A stretch of DNA of 64,000 bases from Geosiphon pyriformis uo1 (Eukaryota > Fungi > Glomeromycota), in assembly GCA_016748015.1 (NCBI GenBank), contig JAAOMT010000603.1, positions 497,068 through 561,067 on the forward strand, read 5' to 3'. The notes beneath the pieces are model-generated. The model made no database searches. It was not told the origin of the DNA and worked only from the letters and a program-made list of their open reading frames with translations. Position numbers and translations under genes: made by a program. This document shows, piece after piece, positions 52,552-64,000 of the stretch; the stretch's first letter is position 1; every line of letters starts with the position of its first letter.

Positions 52552-53938
52552 ATGGATCCCAGAAATTACAACAATCTTAAAAACTATTTGGAGACTCTTA
52601 CCATACCAGAAAATTGGTTTCCAAGTGAAAAACATCGATTACAACACCAATCCAAACAATATTTTATATACCACAACAAAATCTATTACAAAAATCACAG
52701 AAATTCAAACCAACTACTCAGATTAGTACAAGAGAATAAAAAAGAAACAATTCTATACAACATGTATACAAATTCTTCTTCAGCACATTTGGAAAGAGAT
52801 AGAACAATTCAAAGAATTCTTGAACATTTATTTTTGGCTTCACATGCAAAAGGACATTCAACAATATGTAGAATCTTGTGATAGTTGTCAAAGAAGAAGA
52901 GGAATTTGCTCCACAGAACCTTTAAATCCAATCAAAGTTGGACAACCTTTTAACAGAGTTGGAATTGATTTAGTCAAACCATTACCCATTACAACCCAAG
53001 AAAATTGTTATATTGCAGTTGTAGTAGATTATCTTATCAAATGGCTTAAAGCTAGAGTCATCCAAAGAGCAAATGCAAAATTAGTAGCAAATTTCATCTA
53101 TGAAAACATTATTTGTAGACATAGATGCCCAATTGAACTTTTATCTGATCAAAGAACACATATTGTGAACAACTTAATACAAAAAATTTGTGAACAATTC
53201 AATGTCAAAAAACCTTTATTATCACCTTATCACCCTCAAACAAATGGACTTATAGAATATTTCAACAGAATATTGTGTGAATCTTTAGCCAAAGTCTCAA
53301 CAAATTTTAAGCAAGAATGAAATATCTTTATTTCATTAGTGTTACTAGCATATAGAACACTAAAACAAGATACTACAAAACACACACCATTTGATCTTAC
53401 TTATAGAAGAACAGCAACATTACCAATTAATTTCACAGTAGAAACATATTCAGTGCAACCAATCAATAAAAAAAACTTTCAAGAAACACTCCAAAAAAGA
53501 GCCTACACTTTTCTTAATACATTAGAAGAAAAAAGACACATAGCAGCCTCTTATATTAAACACTTTCAAGCCTTACAAAAAGAAAGGCATGACAACAAAC
53601 TGCCACCAGTTACCAACGAATTTAAGATTGGAAATAAAGTTTTCTTACACAGAACTAAGGCTGAAAAACAATAGAGTGGAAAATTTGAACATAAATGGAA
53701 TGGACTATTTTATATCTATGAAATTTTAGGCAATAGATCATACAAGTTAAAACTTGATGACAAAGTACTAGCAAAAGTTGCACATGGAGATAGATTAAAA
53801 CACTATCATTCCAAAAACAATCCTGAACCATTAATTCCACAAATTGGTATATATTTTCCTTTAATTAATCTTGAAGATATTCTCCGAAATTTAGAACCAA
53901 TAATTATAATAGAACAACAACCAAATTTGAACACTTAA
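52552..53938 (+). pseudogene. Integrase of element 3 (own ATG, no chromodomain)
   Basis: Begins MDPRNYNNLKNYL. HHCC region, rve core and GPY/F-like region (KWNGLFYI), ending LEPIIIIEQQPNLNT*. Confidence 0.85.
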
Positions 53939-54089
53939 TTCAATATAATTTTACAATAATCTTTTTAATAATACACAAAAACAAAAATAGTAAATAATTA
54001 CAAAAACACCCAAACCCAAAAACAAATAAAACCCCATATTCAAAAATAATTTTTTTTATTCTTCTTTTTATTAGTTAACTATTTTTATC

Positions 54090-54790
54090 ATGATTATTCC
54101 CTGAAATATTCAACAAATATTCCAAAAATTAATGATAGTCTTAAAAACACTTCTTAACTTATCCATAACAATCAATGAAAGTCAAATTAATTACATTCAG
54201 AAAAAAACCACAGCCCCAGTAGTAAATTATTCTCAGAACTATCACCTCTATAGAAAAAAAACAAGAGGTCACTCTGAAAATAAGTTACCAAAACTTTTGA
54301 AGCAAGCACTAAAAGAAAACTTTTTAATTGCTCTTATTGACATTCTACCAAATGCCACAATTCAACAAAAACTTCTACTATTTCTTAATGAACAGAACAA
54401 TAAACATACTCTTATATATAGATATTTTTATATTGGAAAAACACTTTATGAACGAAAACTAGAACTTGAAGCAACCAATATCACTCCCAAGGCTATACAA
54501 AAACAAATTCACAATAAATTCAAGACAGCAGCTGGATCAACAAACACTTGCTACAAACTTAGAGCAGCATCTAGACTCTATGATTTCAACACTTGTAAAA
54601 ACATCTTAAAAATCTAATACTCCATCCAATAAAGATTCAATATATTGGAAAACTCACAGAACTGAAATTTCACCAATTTTCAAACCAGATTACTTCAATT
54701 ATCTTGAATCACTATCTTAACATCACAGATAGTACTTGAACTTCAATAGAACTCAGTCTTGAGGAGAAAATTACATTATCAGTAGAATTT
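54090..54790 (+). pseudogene. ORF3 homologue of element 3
   Basis: PNATIQQKL, IYRYFYIGKTLY, KFKTAAGSTN and AASRLYD align with the 32963 ORF. Confidence 0.85.
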
Positions 54791-57700
54791 TAGCTATTAA
54801 TTAGCATGAAATTACCCTTATAATTCCTATTATTAATTAGCATATATTATTATTATTTTAATTATTACTTATTATTTAATCAAATTATCAAATATTATTA
54901 CTCAATCAATAATTCGATTTGTACTCTAGAAATTAAAATGATCAAATTACACAATACTCTGAACCATTTAACATAGTCAAAATTCGCCGAAATTAATAGA
55001 AATTGGCCGAAATAATCAATAGTTCAGTGAAATAACTTGTAGTTTGCCAAAATGTATCTTTAGTTTACCCAAATTGTAGCAAAGAGAAAAATGCAAGTTC
55101 AAAGACTAGTATTACAGCAAGTTGTATAAAAGAAGAGCTTTTTTCTTCAAGAAAATGTATCTTCTCATAGTATCTTACCATAACATTTTACTTTAGATAT
55201 CTTAATTGAAACAAATTATCTTTTACACATTTAAATAAAAATTAAATATTCGAAAACCAAATCCTTAAATTATTACACTTGAAATTTCCTTAACACAACT
55301 AATATTTTGAAATTGATTAGCTACCAATTTCAATAATCTGTTAGTGATTTCAGGCCTGAATAGAAAACGTTTCCTTTGACACAATTCCATTTCTTTTACA
55401 TTTTCTTTATTTTTTTTATTTTCTTATTATAATTATTAGGGTAGTTTACAGATGAGATTTTTGTAAAAGAGTTGACTTTTGCAGCAAAGTAACTACACAT
55501 TTTAATAAGCTTCTAAATGAGCAATTCCTAAGAAAAAGTTGATGTTTACTACAACATAACTACATAAAGTAACTGACAAGAAATTGGCCATTCCACTTAT
55601 AAGCCCAGTAGTTCAAATTATAGGAGATAATTTAAAGATAAATTCAGTTACTGGAGATCCAACTACTTTCTGGAAATGTGAATTTACAGAAAATCAATAT
55701 TTACAACATTTAAGAAAAGAGACCAAAAATTTCTGATAATAATGAGCTCAGGTAGTCTCTTCTGCATCTTTTTTTGGTGGTCTTCAGTTTGGTTCTGGTT
55801 TTGGTTCTGGTTTTTTTCCTTCTGGTGTCTCAGATTTAGGTGGTGGTTCTCCTCTTGTTCTGACTAACAATTCATTTTTGAGTGCTCATTTGGCCTTTTT
55901 GAAACATTTTTTAAAGCTCTTAAGTAATTAGGTTTCTGGCATTGTGCACAAAATCAATGGCATAAAATTGGTGTCTTTGGCCTCTCCTTTTTTTTTTGGT
56001 TGTTTGGTTGTCCTGATAAACATCAACTTGGATTTAAACTCAGATATGGTTTTGGATAGTTCTGTGGTAGTGCTTGTACTTTTCTCTGTTGTTCCAGCTC
56101 TGGGCTTCAGTAGCTTAAAAATTTTGATGACTAAGGTAGACTGTTTGGAGTTCAAGTTGGTGGCTCTTGAAGTCTCAATTGGTTCAGTTTTGGTGAAGTT
56201 AGATCAGTTGTGTGCTGGCTTAAGTTCTCAGATGTCTTTTTTTTCCCAATGAGTGGTTTGGTTTAGAAAATTGCCACTTGCAATATTAGAAAAATGAATA
56301 ATCTTGCAAAACAAAATGATATCATTTGTTAGCACAAAGACAAGGACAATTTAGTTTTTATTTTTACAAAATCAAAGTTAAAAGAGAAGGTTTGCTCTTG
56401 GATTGTTAACAAATTTGGTAATGTGTGGGTGTTTATCTCTGGTTTGAAATCTAGTTATCTAGGTGCTGGTGTTATGGTCATTATAAATTCTTCTTTGGCA
56501 AAACATGTGTGCAAGATTTCAGAGATGCCTGGTTGGCTCCTGTCTATCAAGTTGCTTTTCAAGAATAAACTTTCAGTGTCAATTTTGGGGCTTTACACTG
56601 GTGTTTTTTGGCAGTCTGGTTTTCTTAAGCTGGTAATATCAACTCTCTTATTGCAAAGACTGTTAATGAGTTTTCTTTCATCATTCTTGGTGGTGATTTT
56701 TATAAGAATAGTTCTCATAAGTGTGCAAGTTTCAAAAGATGCTTTGATTTGGGGCTAGTTAATTTTTTGGTTGGCAGCCTGACTGTGAAGAAGCCTACTT
56801 GGGTGAATTTTAGAGATGTCATGAAAATGATTGATTATGTGCTTGTTTCCCCAAATCTGATTAATGCAATAGTACATCACAATATATTGAAAGTCAGTAA
56901 GCATTTTGACATAGATCACCAATCCATTTCTGTGTTTGTGAGTTTGAGTGGACTTTTGAATATGTAGTTGAACTTTCTTCACAAGTAAATGAATAAGAAT
57001 CAATGAAAGCTCAATTTTAAGAGTGCCAATAAGACTAAATAGAACAATTTTAAGAGTGCCATATCAGTCAATGCAGTAATGTTCTCAGATAAGTTTGCCA
57101 CCTCTGTAAGGTTTTCAGATTTGAATACAATATGAGATATTGTTCACAAGATAATGGTTCTCTCAGCTAATAAGATGTTCAAAAAGAAATAGTTCAAGGG
57201 CTTTGATGATGTCTTCACCAAGGAATCTTTGAGATTTCACAAGTTAGAGCTTTTGGTTTCTAAGATTGTTAAGGCCTTATATAAGAAAAGTGTTGTGAAT
57301 TTTGATTTTTTTATAAGATGCTGGATTTCTTTGGACAATCTTAAGGCTTTAGTTGTTCAGAATGTAGTGGACTCTGGTGTTGGCTCTGATCATATTTGTT
57401 CTGCTCTCTTTGGTGTTAAAAGGTCTTATTGTGCTGCCAAGCTTGCTGAATTTCTGAGGGCTAAGGAGGCAAACATCAGGTTTGCTATTGATAAAAGGAT
57501 AGAAAGCTTTAAGGTTAATAAAAGTCATATAATTAGAAATGTGCTGGAGTATCTATTTTGCAAAGTAGTACTTGATCATCTGATAGTTAATGATGAACTG
57601 ATCCTAAAACCTGATTTGGTTAAGTCTAAGATGGATGTGATCATGAAAAGTTGGACTAGAAAGCATAGAATGATAGATGATATTTCTGGTAACTGGTATT

Positions 57701-60700
57701 GTCAATATCAATCTTTGGAGTATGTTTTTAATAAAGCTTTTTTTGGTGTCATGTGTTCAATTGAATTTGATGAATTGTCTGGAGTGGTTTCTAATTTGCC
57801 TAATGGCAAAACTACTGGTCTCTTAGGTGTATCAAATAAGCTTTGAAGACATTGTGATAAGACAATCTTGAATATGCTTTTGGTGCTTTTGAATTCTTGT
57901 TTGTCTGGTAAATTAGTGCCCAGCTCTTGAAAAGAGGCTTGGATCTCAATAATTCCTAAACCATATAAGTGGAAGGGTGTTTTGATGAATACCTATCCTA
58001 TTGTTTTAATCAAAATGGCTTGTAAGATTTTTTCCAAGATTCTCTCTAACAGGATTTCTTTGGCATGCAGCACTTTTGATGTTTTTTATGGAGACAATTT
58101 CTTGGTTTTGAAGAATATGATGACTCAGTTTTCCATTTTTGCAATTGGTTTAGTTATTGAGAATACTTTGAAAAAAAAACCAGAAGCTTTGGCTAGTTTT
58201 GCAAGACATGTGAAAAGCATATGATTCAGTTGGCTAAAAGCATCTTGAAAAGAGTTTGGTCAGGATTAAAATGTGCAGCAAGTTCATTTGATTTTTTGGT
58301 AATATTCATAAAGATTGCACCAACCAAGTTATGACAGATTTTGGTTTGATGGGTGGTTATTGTGTACACAATAGTTTGGACCAAGGAGAAATATTTTCCC
58401 TTCTTCTGTGGTGCATATTTTATGATTCTCTATTGTGTAAAGTGAAGTGTCAGGAGAGTGTGTGTGAGTATAGATTGAATTCCCATTTTATTTCCAGAAG
58501 TAGTTGCACTAAATCTCAGACTGGACTTTCTTTCTTTTTTTTTGCTGGTGCTTTCATTGATAATACAATTTGGGTTGGTAGCAGTTAGAGTACTACTCAA
58601 CATATTTTCAATGTTGCTGATAAATTTTTTCAGATTAATAACATTTCAATTAATAATGACAAGATGGTGGCCATTCTCATTAATAGCAGAGTCAGCAATC
58701 CTTCTCTTTCTATCAATGGCTTGCCAATCTCTATTGTCAAAAAGAGTGAATCTCATCAGTATTTGGGTATTTTTCTTTCAACTGAAGGTTTCTTGAAGCT
58801 TAGTTTGGCTAAGGCAAATTTAGACATTCGTTTTTTCACCAATCTGGTCTTAAAAAAAGCTATCTCGGATAAACAGCTCTTGTATTTGGTATTAATGGTT
58901 TTTCATCTTATAGTCAGCTATAAAATGCAGTTCAGCTTTGTTCCTGTTGATGTATATAACAAATGGGACGTTCTAATTCATAAAAGCTTAAAACTTAAAT
59001 CTGATTTACTACTCAATTTTCTTAGTAATACAATTCACTACCCTTCTTTTTATGGTTTGAAATTTTTCTTACAAGTTTAGTCTGAGAGTAAAATTGCTTC
59101 TCTTGTTAGTTTTGTGAACTCTGGTAAAGTCTTGGGTTACTTGTTTTCTCACAGGTCTCATGACTTACAAGTTTTGTGTTGGTGTCTTGTTTATCTATTG
59201 AGTTCTCCTGTCTATATTTATGTTAGTGCTTCTAATAACTTTCTGGCAGGCATGGTTCATATTCTTTTTGATTGTAATTTGTTTTTGGGTGGCTCTTTGG
59301 CCAGTTCTTTTTGGTTTCATGGTGGAATTTTCATGTTTGCTCTTCTGGGCAAGTTAAGATTTCTTAAGTTTCTTTTTTCTTTCCATTAGTATAGCATAGC
59401 TTTTGTGAATCAACTTTGTAATAATCATGGTGCTGTTTTTAATTGGTGTACTTTTAGGCAGTGGAAAAAACTGGACCCCCATGGCCCTATTCTTAAGTGG
59501 TTCAAGATTTCTGTAATGTTTCTCAATGATGTGATTTCTTTTCTTGCTCATCTCTTGGTTTTGAGTGGAGTTGGTCTTTTGAATATTCTTAACTCTGGTA
59601 ATTTTGTATCTGTTTGCGACCATCTCTCTTAGATTGGTTCTGGTAGTTTATCTGTATATATGAATGGGTTTCTAAAAGATTTGAGCACAGTTGGCTGTAA
59701 AGCTGGCACTGCTGCTTTTTTTAAGGACATTAATTTGGGTTTGGGCATTGGTATATTGGGTTTGATATTGTTAACTATGGCAGAATTACAGATTATTGCA
59801 TTGGCTCTAGAGTGTGTTTCTTTATCTAGCTCTGTTTGCTTGTTTTTGAATAGTCAATCTGCTTTGGATGCTTGTAAGTCAGAATTGGGTCTGGTGTATC
59901 TTGACTTTCACAATTAGTATTGGGTTAAGTGTCAGCATATTGTTAATATTATTCATAGTAAGAATTTGAGGGTTAGTTGGCACAAGATAAAGGATCACTC
60001 TGGCATTTCAGGGAATGAGCATGCTGACATGATTGCTGGTACTGCCTCTTTTTCTGGTTGACATCTTCCTCCTTACTTGGATAAACACTTTATAGTGGCT
60101 GATGGTGGTGTTGTTTCTGGCAATTCTAGATATTTTGTACATGATGTTTATTATTTTATTTGTCATGCACACTGAAAAGTTGGTTTTGGTTCCAAGTTTT
60201 TGACAGATAATTTGCTTTCTGAGGTCAATTGGCTCTGTTTATTACTGGTGTAACATCCTGATTTGCATATGACTGCTGGTTTTACTAATAGACCCTTGGC
60301 TAGTGCACACACTTATTTTATAAAAGTCTTGTATTATCAACTGCTTGTTGCCATTTGGAAGTGCCTTTATAACAAATGTTATCCTAGTGTGTTGTGTTTG
60401 TATTGTGGTAATGTAAAGATGTTAGATCATGTGTTTTTTTGTGAGGTCAACAATTCTGCTAGGCATTGAATATTGGACTTCCATGTGGCTTTATGGAAGA
60501 CTCTTTCTGGTTTCTCTCACTCCTCTTCAAGTATGCTGCAACTGTTGTCATTTTGTGTTTCTGATTCCTCTGTATTCATGGCTCTTTATAAGAGTTTTGT
60601 GTTTAATAATTGGTTTTATAAGGTTATTTCTGTCTTTTGCAATTCCAAGATTGCCAGTTCAGAGGTTGTCAAATTTGTGTACTTTCTTGGTCTCATCTTT

Positions 60701-61100
60701 AAGGATGATGTTTGGGTGGTTTGTGTTAAACATTGTGCCTATATGGAGAAGACTGGATTAATTCTATTGAATAGTTCAGCTCTTGCATCAATTTTTGGTC
60801 TGGTATTAAGATTTTCTGCTGGTGTGATCAAATTGCTTGGCATTACCAAAGCTTTTGGAGTTTTTTTTGAGTTTTGCAAATTTTGTTTATTTTTTTTAGG
60901 TATAAATGTCTCAGTTTCAGTTTATATAACTGTGTAGTATTGTTTTGATCAGCCCAAATGACTGGTCACATGTAGAAAATACATGATTCATACTTAATTT
61001 AAATCATTTCTTTGATATATAGCACTAAGTAGTATTTGAATCTCATTTATTAAATAATAATAATAATAATAAAAATATGGAAATTAATAATTAAAATTAA

Positions 61101-61473
61101 CTTTTTTCTTTCTTTCATTCCAAATTCTCAAAAAAAGTCAAAAAAAGTTTTTTATCATTTAATATGATAAATTAAAACTATTTTTGCTTGATTACAAAGC
61201 CACTGTTGGCCTGAGTATTGTTGTCATAAAAAAGGCTGTTAAAAAATTTGGCTTGGTTGATGGTTTCAAATTTGTGCTTTTAAGAAAGAAAAAGAAAGAT
61301 AGTACTTTGAAAGATGGTGTCAAAGTTAAAGATATTCCTGCTAAGGTGGTGAATAGTCAATCTTAGGGTTTAGAAACTGGTAATACTACTGAGTTTGATA
61401 GTATTAACATAAAGAAAAAGTGTTTGGTTAAGAAAATTAGTTTCAACTATGGTAATAAAGCCACTTTTGATGG
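61101..61473 (+). mobile_element. LINE copy 4, 5' end (same subfamily as copy 1)
   Basis: Shared 5' motif. GFKFVLLRKKKK matches GFKSVLSRKKRK of copy 1. Cut by the LTR at 61474. Confidence 0.85.
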
Positions 61474-64000
61474 TGTTATAGGTGGCAATATTTGGTGTTG
61501 GATTAAATAACAAACCCGTAACTTGGTGCTCAAAGCTATTCTTGTTGTCAATGATCTGAAGGTTTGGTATCTGAAGGTTTTGTATCCGAAGAGTTTGGTT
61601 GAGTTCTTTGTATAATAGACAGAGATTCAATGGTGATAGTTTTATTCATAACTTCCTGAAACCGCAGTTTCATTAATTTTTTTCTCAGCTTGATGGCTGG
61701 TATTCTTCCTGGTAAGCTATCCTCAATCGAGTGTTCTATCCTTATTTCTGGGTCTTTTACCAGTCACATTTATCCTGACATCAGTGTCCTGTGCATTAAT
61801 CTTCAATAGAGTTAGTAAACAACAATAAAATCAAAGTAAAAAATAAAGAAAAAAAAAGAAAATAAAGAAAGAAAAAAAATAAGCCAAGGCAATTTGCAAG
61901 TTAGTATTCCATCAATAGCCATGATCAAGAGCTATTGTTCCAATGTGGTTAAGTGCCAATTACTATTAACATGAAGTGTTGATAGTGAAAATGGATTTAA
62001 GATAACAAATAGTTATTTATTAGATGATTGTAATTTGGAGAGTTGTTTAGATTAAATCTAAACTGAGAGGTCTGTCTTTTCAGTTTCTAATTCTACTGCT
62101 ATATATACATAATTGAGATTTCTCAATTCCTCAATTCTTTACAACAGGAATTCTGAGATTCCTGGAATCTTGCAATTTCTTTGAGAGGAATCCTGGAATT
62201 CTACATTTTACTACATCTACTTTTGATTAGCTAATAACTATGCTAATATATATTCCCTATATTTCTATGAGTAACATTATTCCCTTCTTTTAATATTAGG
62301 CTCCATCAAAATCTAACTCTGTTAATTTCCCTTCTTAAAGTATTTTCTGAATTTTGTTTTCAAGAATTATTTGTGCTATTTGAGTCTGTAATTCTTCAAA
62401 TTGAGTGTTGGTGATCTTTCTTAATTGATTACTGGTAACCGTGTTCATTGCTTTGTCAAGTAAGATTTCTGGTTGATTTTGAAATGCTGTGTGTATTCGG
62501 TATATGGCTCGAGTCTGTGTGAATAAGTTGTTTTTTCCCACAAAATGTTTTAATTGTTGTAGTATTCTGGTGTCAAATAATCGCTTTGTTTTATCCATAT
62601 ATAAATTCTGGATATTTACATGTTGTCCCAAGTAAAAATAACAATAGTTTCTTGGAAATTGTTGTATTTACCAATTTCAGGTTTCTCTGGTCAATTCTTG
62701 TTGTAATTCGACTATTTGTTGTTCTTTTATGGCCAATTTTACTTTGGTGATTATTTTGTCAACCCTATTTTCAGATTTCTTCTGTATTCTATATGGTAAA
62801 GTTTTTGACATATTTTTGTAACAAATTGTTTATTGATTGATTGTAATTTCCATTTCTTGGTTTTGAATTAACTGGAAGAGTTGTTGTGCTAGTGAGTGAA
62901 TATTGTCAGTGATTTCCATTTTTCTGATCTTTTCTGTTACATCTACCATGTCTTTATATATTCTTTTGTCAATTAATTAGATGTGTTGTTATTGATAATA
63001 ATGATTGATTCCAGATCTCGTGGAATTTCATTTGGTTGGACTAGTATTCTCTGTACTCCTAATTGTAGAATATTATTGGTGAATGGTAGTGTAATGTTGT
63101 GGTATGGTTTCAGTTAATCTCCATGTGCTGCTTTGGTTAAAATTTTGTTATCCAGTCTTAATTTGTAAGCTCCATTCCCTAGAATTTCTTCTATGTGAAA
63201 TAATCCATCCCATTTGGGGTCAAATTTTCCACTTCATTGTTTTTCTGCTTTGGTACAATATAAGAGTACTTTGTCTCCAATCTTGAATTCAACTGGTTTG
63301 TTTGGTAGTTAATTATTATGTCTTTCTTTCTGTTTCTCTTGTGACTTTTGTATGTTATCAGCTGCTTTTCTTTGTTTGTTTTCCAATGTTTCTATTAAGT
63401 CATATGTTCTTTTCAATAAGGTTTTCTGGAAATTTTCTTCTGTTATTGGTTCAGTTGGATATGTGTTAACCTCTATCTCCACTGGTAATGTTGCTGTTCT
63501 ATCATATACTAATTCAAACAGTGTTGCTTGTGTAGTGTCTTGCTTCATTGTTCAATAAGCAAATAATACTGATGGTATCAACAAATCTCAATCGTTCTGG
63601 TTTTCTTGGCTGAGCTTAGCTATTGTTTTATACAATGTTCTGTTGAATCTTTTGACTAATCTGTTGGTTTGTAGATGGTATAATGATAATAATAGTTTCT
63701 TAATTCCAAATCTTTGGCTCAATTCTGTTAATGTTCTGTTTACAAAATGCATTCCTTGGTCTGATAATAATTCTTTTGGACATCCATGTTGACAAATCAA
63801 TTCTTGATGAACGAATTTGGCAACAAATTCTGCATCTGCTCTTTGAATTGTTTTCATCTCTGGCCATTTAGTGAGATAGTCCATGGCTACTGCTATGTAT
63901 CTGTTTCCTCTGCTGGTGATTGTTAATGGTCCAACTAAATCAATTCCAATACAGTTGAATGGTTGTCCCACTTTGATTGGTCTTACTGGTTCACTGGGTC
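61474..64000 (-). mobile_element. Gypsy element 5 (divergent family): integrase, ORF3 homologue and 3' LTR; continues beyond the window
   Basis: LTR 61474-62275 (TGTTA..TAACA), PPT about 62276-62291. Integrase GIDLVGP/DYLTKWPE/LSDQG. ORF3 62949-62335. Confidence 0.9.

Larger units (their letters stand above)
45944..55741 (+). mobile_element. Gypsy element 3: full-length gag-PR-Cys-dUTPase-RT-RH / IN / ORF3
   Basis: LTRs 45944-46923 and 54774-55741, TSD ATGA, PBS TTTGGTGCTC. RT YLDD at 51683. RNase H IAYASK/LEAA/HTNVDSLSR. Integrase 52552-53938 (CDSCQ, GIDLV, LSDQ, YHPQTNG). Confidence 0.95.
44485..61072 (+). mobile_element. LINE copy 3 (full-length, decayed), interrupted by Gypsy element 3
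   Basis: ORF1 44619-45943 plus 55746-56252, with knuckle CEKCEKFGHSVLEC. ORF2 56249-60937 is homologous to copy 1. Shared 3' UTR and (TAA)n tail at 61053-61072. Possible TSD remnant AAAATATGGA at about 44462 and 61072. Confidence 0.92.

Noticed and set aside
23009-60937. Alternative genetic code or stop readthrough in TE ORFs
   Set aside because: Stops fall at different positions in different copies and derive from TGG/CAA/CGA; host genes use the standard code.
19512-63558. Short antisense or overlapping ORFs within the TEs
   Set aside because: Shadows of strand-biased coding sequence, with no independent motifs.

Overview
AT-rich fungal genomic DNA, probably Glomeromycotina/Mucoromycota (an inference from gene style and TE content), in two sharply different parts. 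(1) 1-18.9 kb is gene-dense: a GLTSCR1/BICRA-domain gene (partial), an ORF-less spliced host transcript carrying six intronic box C/D snoRNAs (snR78-77-76-75-74-73), SEC14, VPS28, a sphingoid long-chain-base kinase, a microsatellite-rich intergenic region and a C2H2 zinc-finger transcription factor. (2) 18.9-64 kb is a nested retrotransposon block. Same-orientation APE-RT-RNaseH LINEs carry repeated insertions of unusual Ty3/Gypsy elements, and all are heavily mutated by C>T/G>A transitions. The Gypsy elements look like complex retroviruses: an AUG-free, GUG-led Gag extension, a Cys-rich domain plus dUTPase between protease and RT, an integrase in its own ORF behind a TACTAAC motif, a conserved non-env 3' accessory ORF, intron-like signals in the LTR, and a U5 segment complementary to the primer-binding site. 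All alignments and translations outside the ORF track were done by eye, and family assignments rest on recalled motifs, not database searches.
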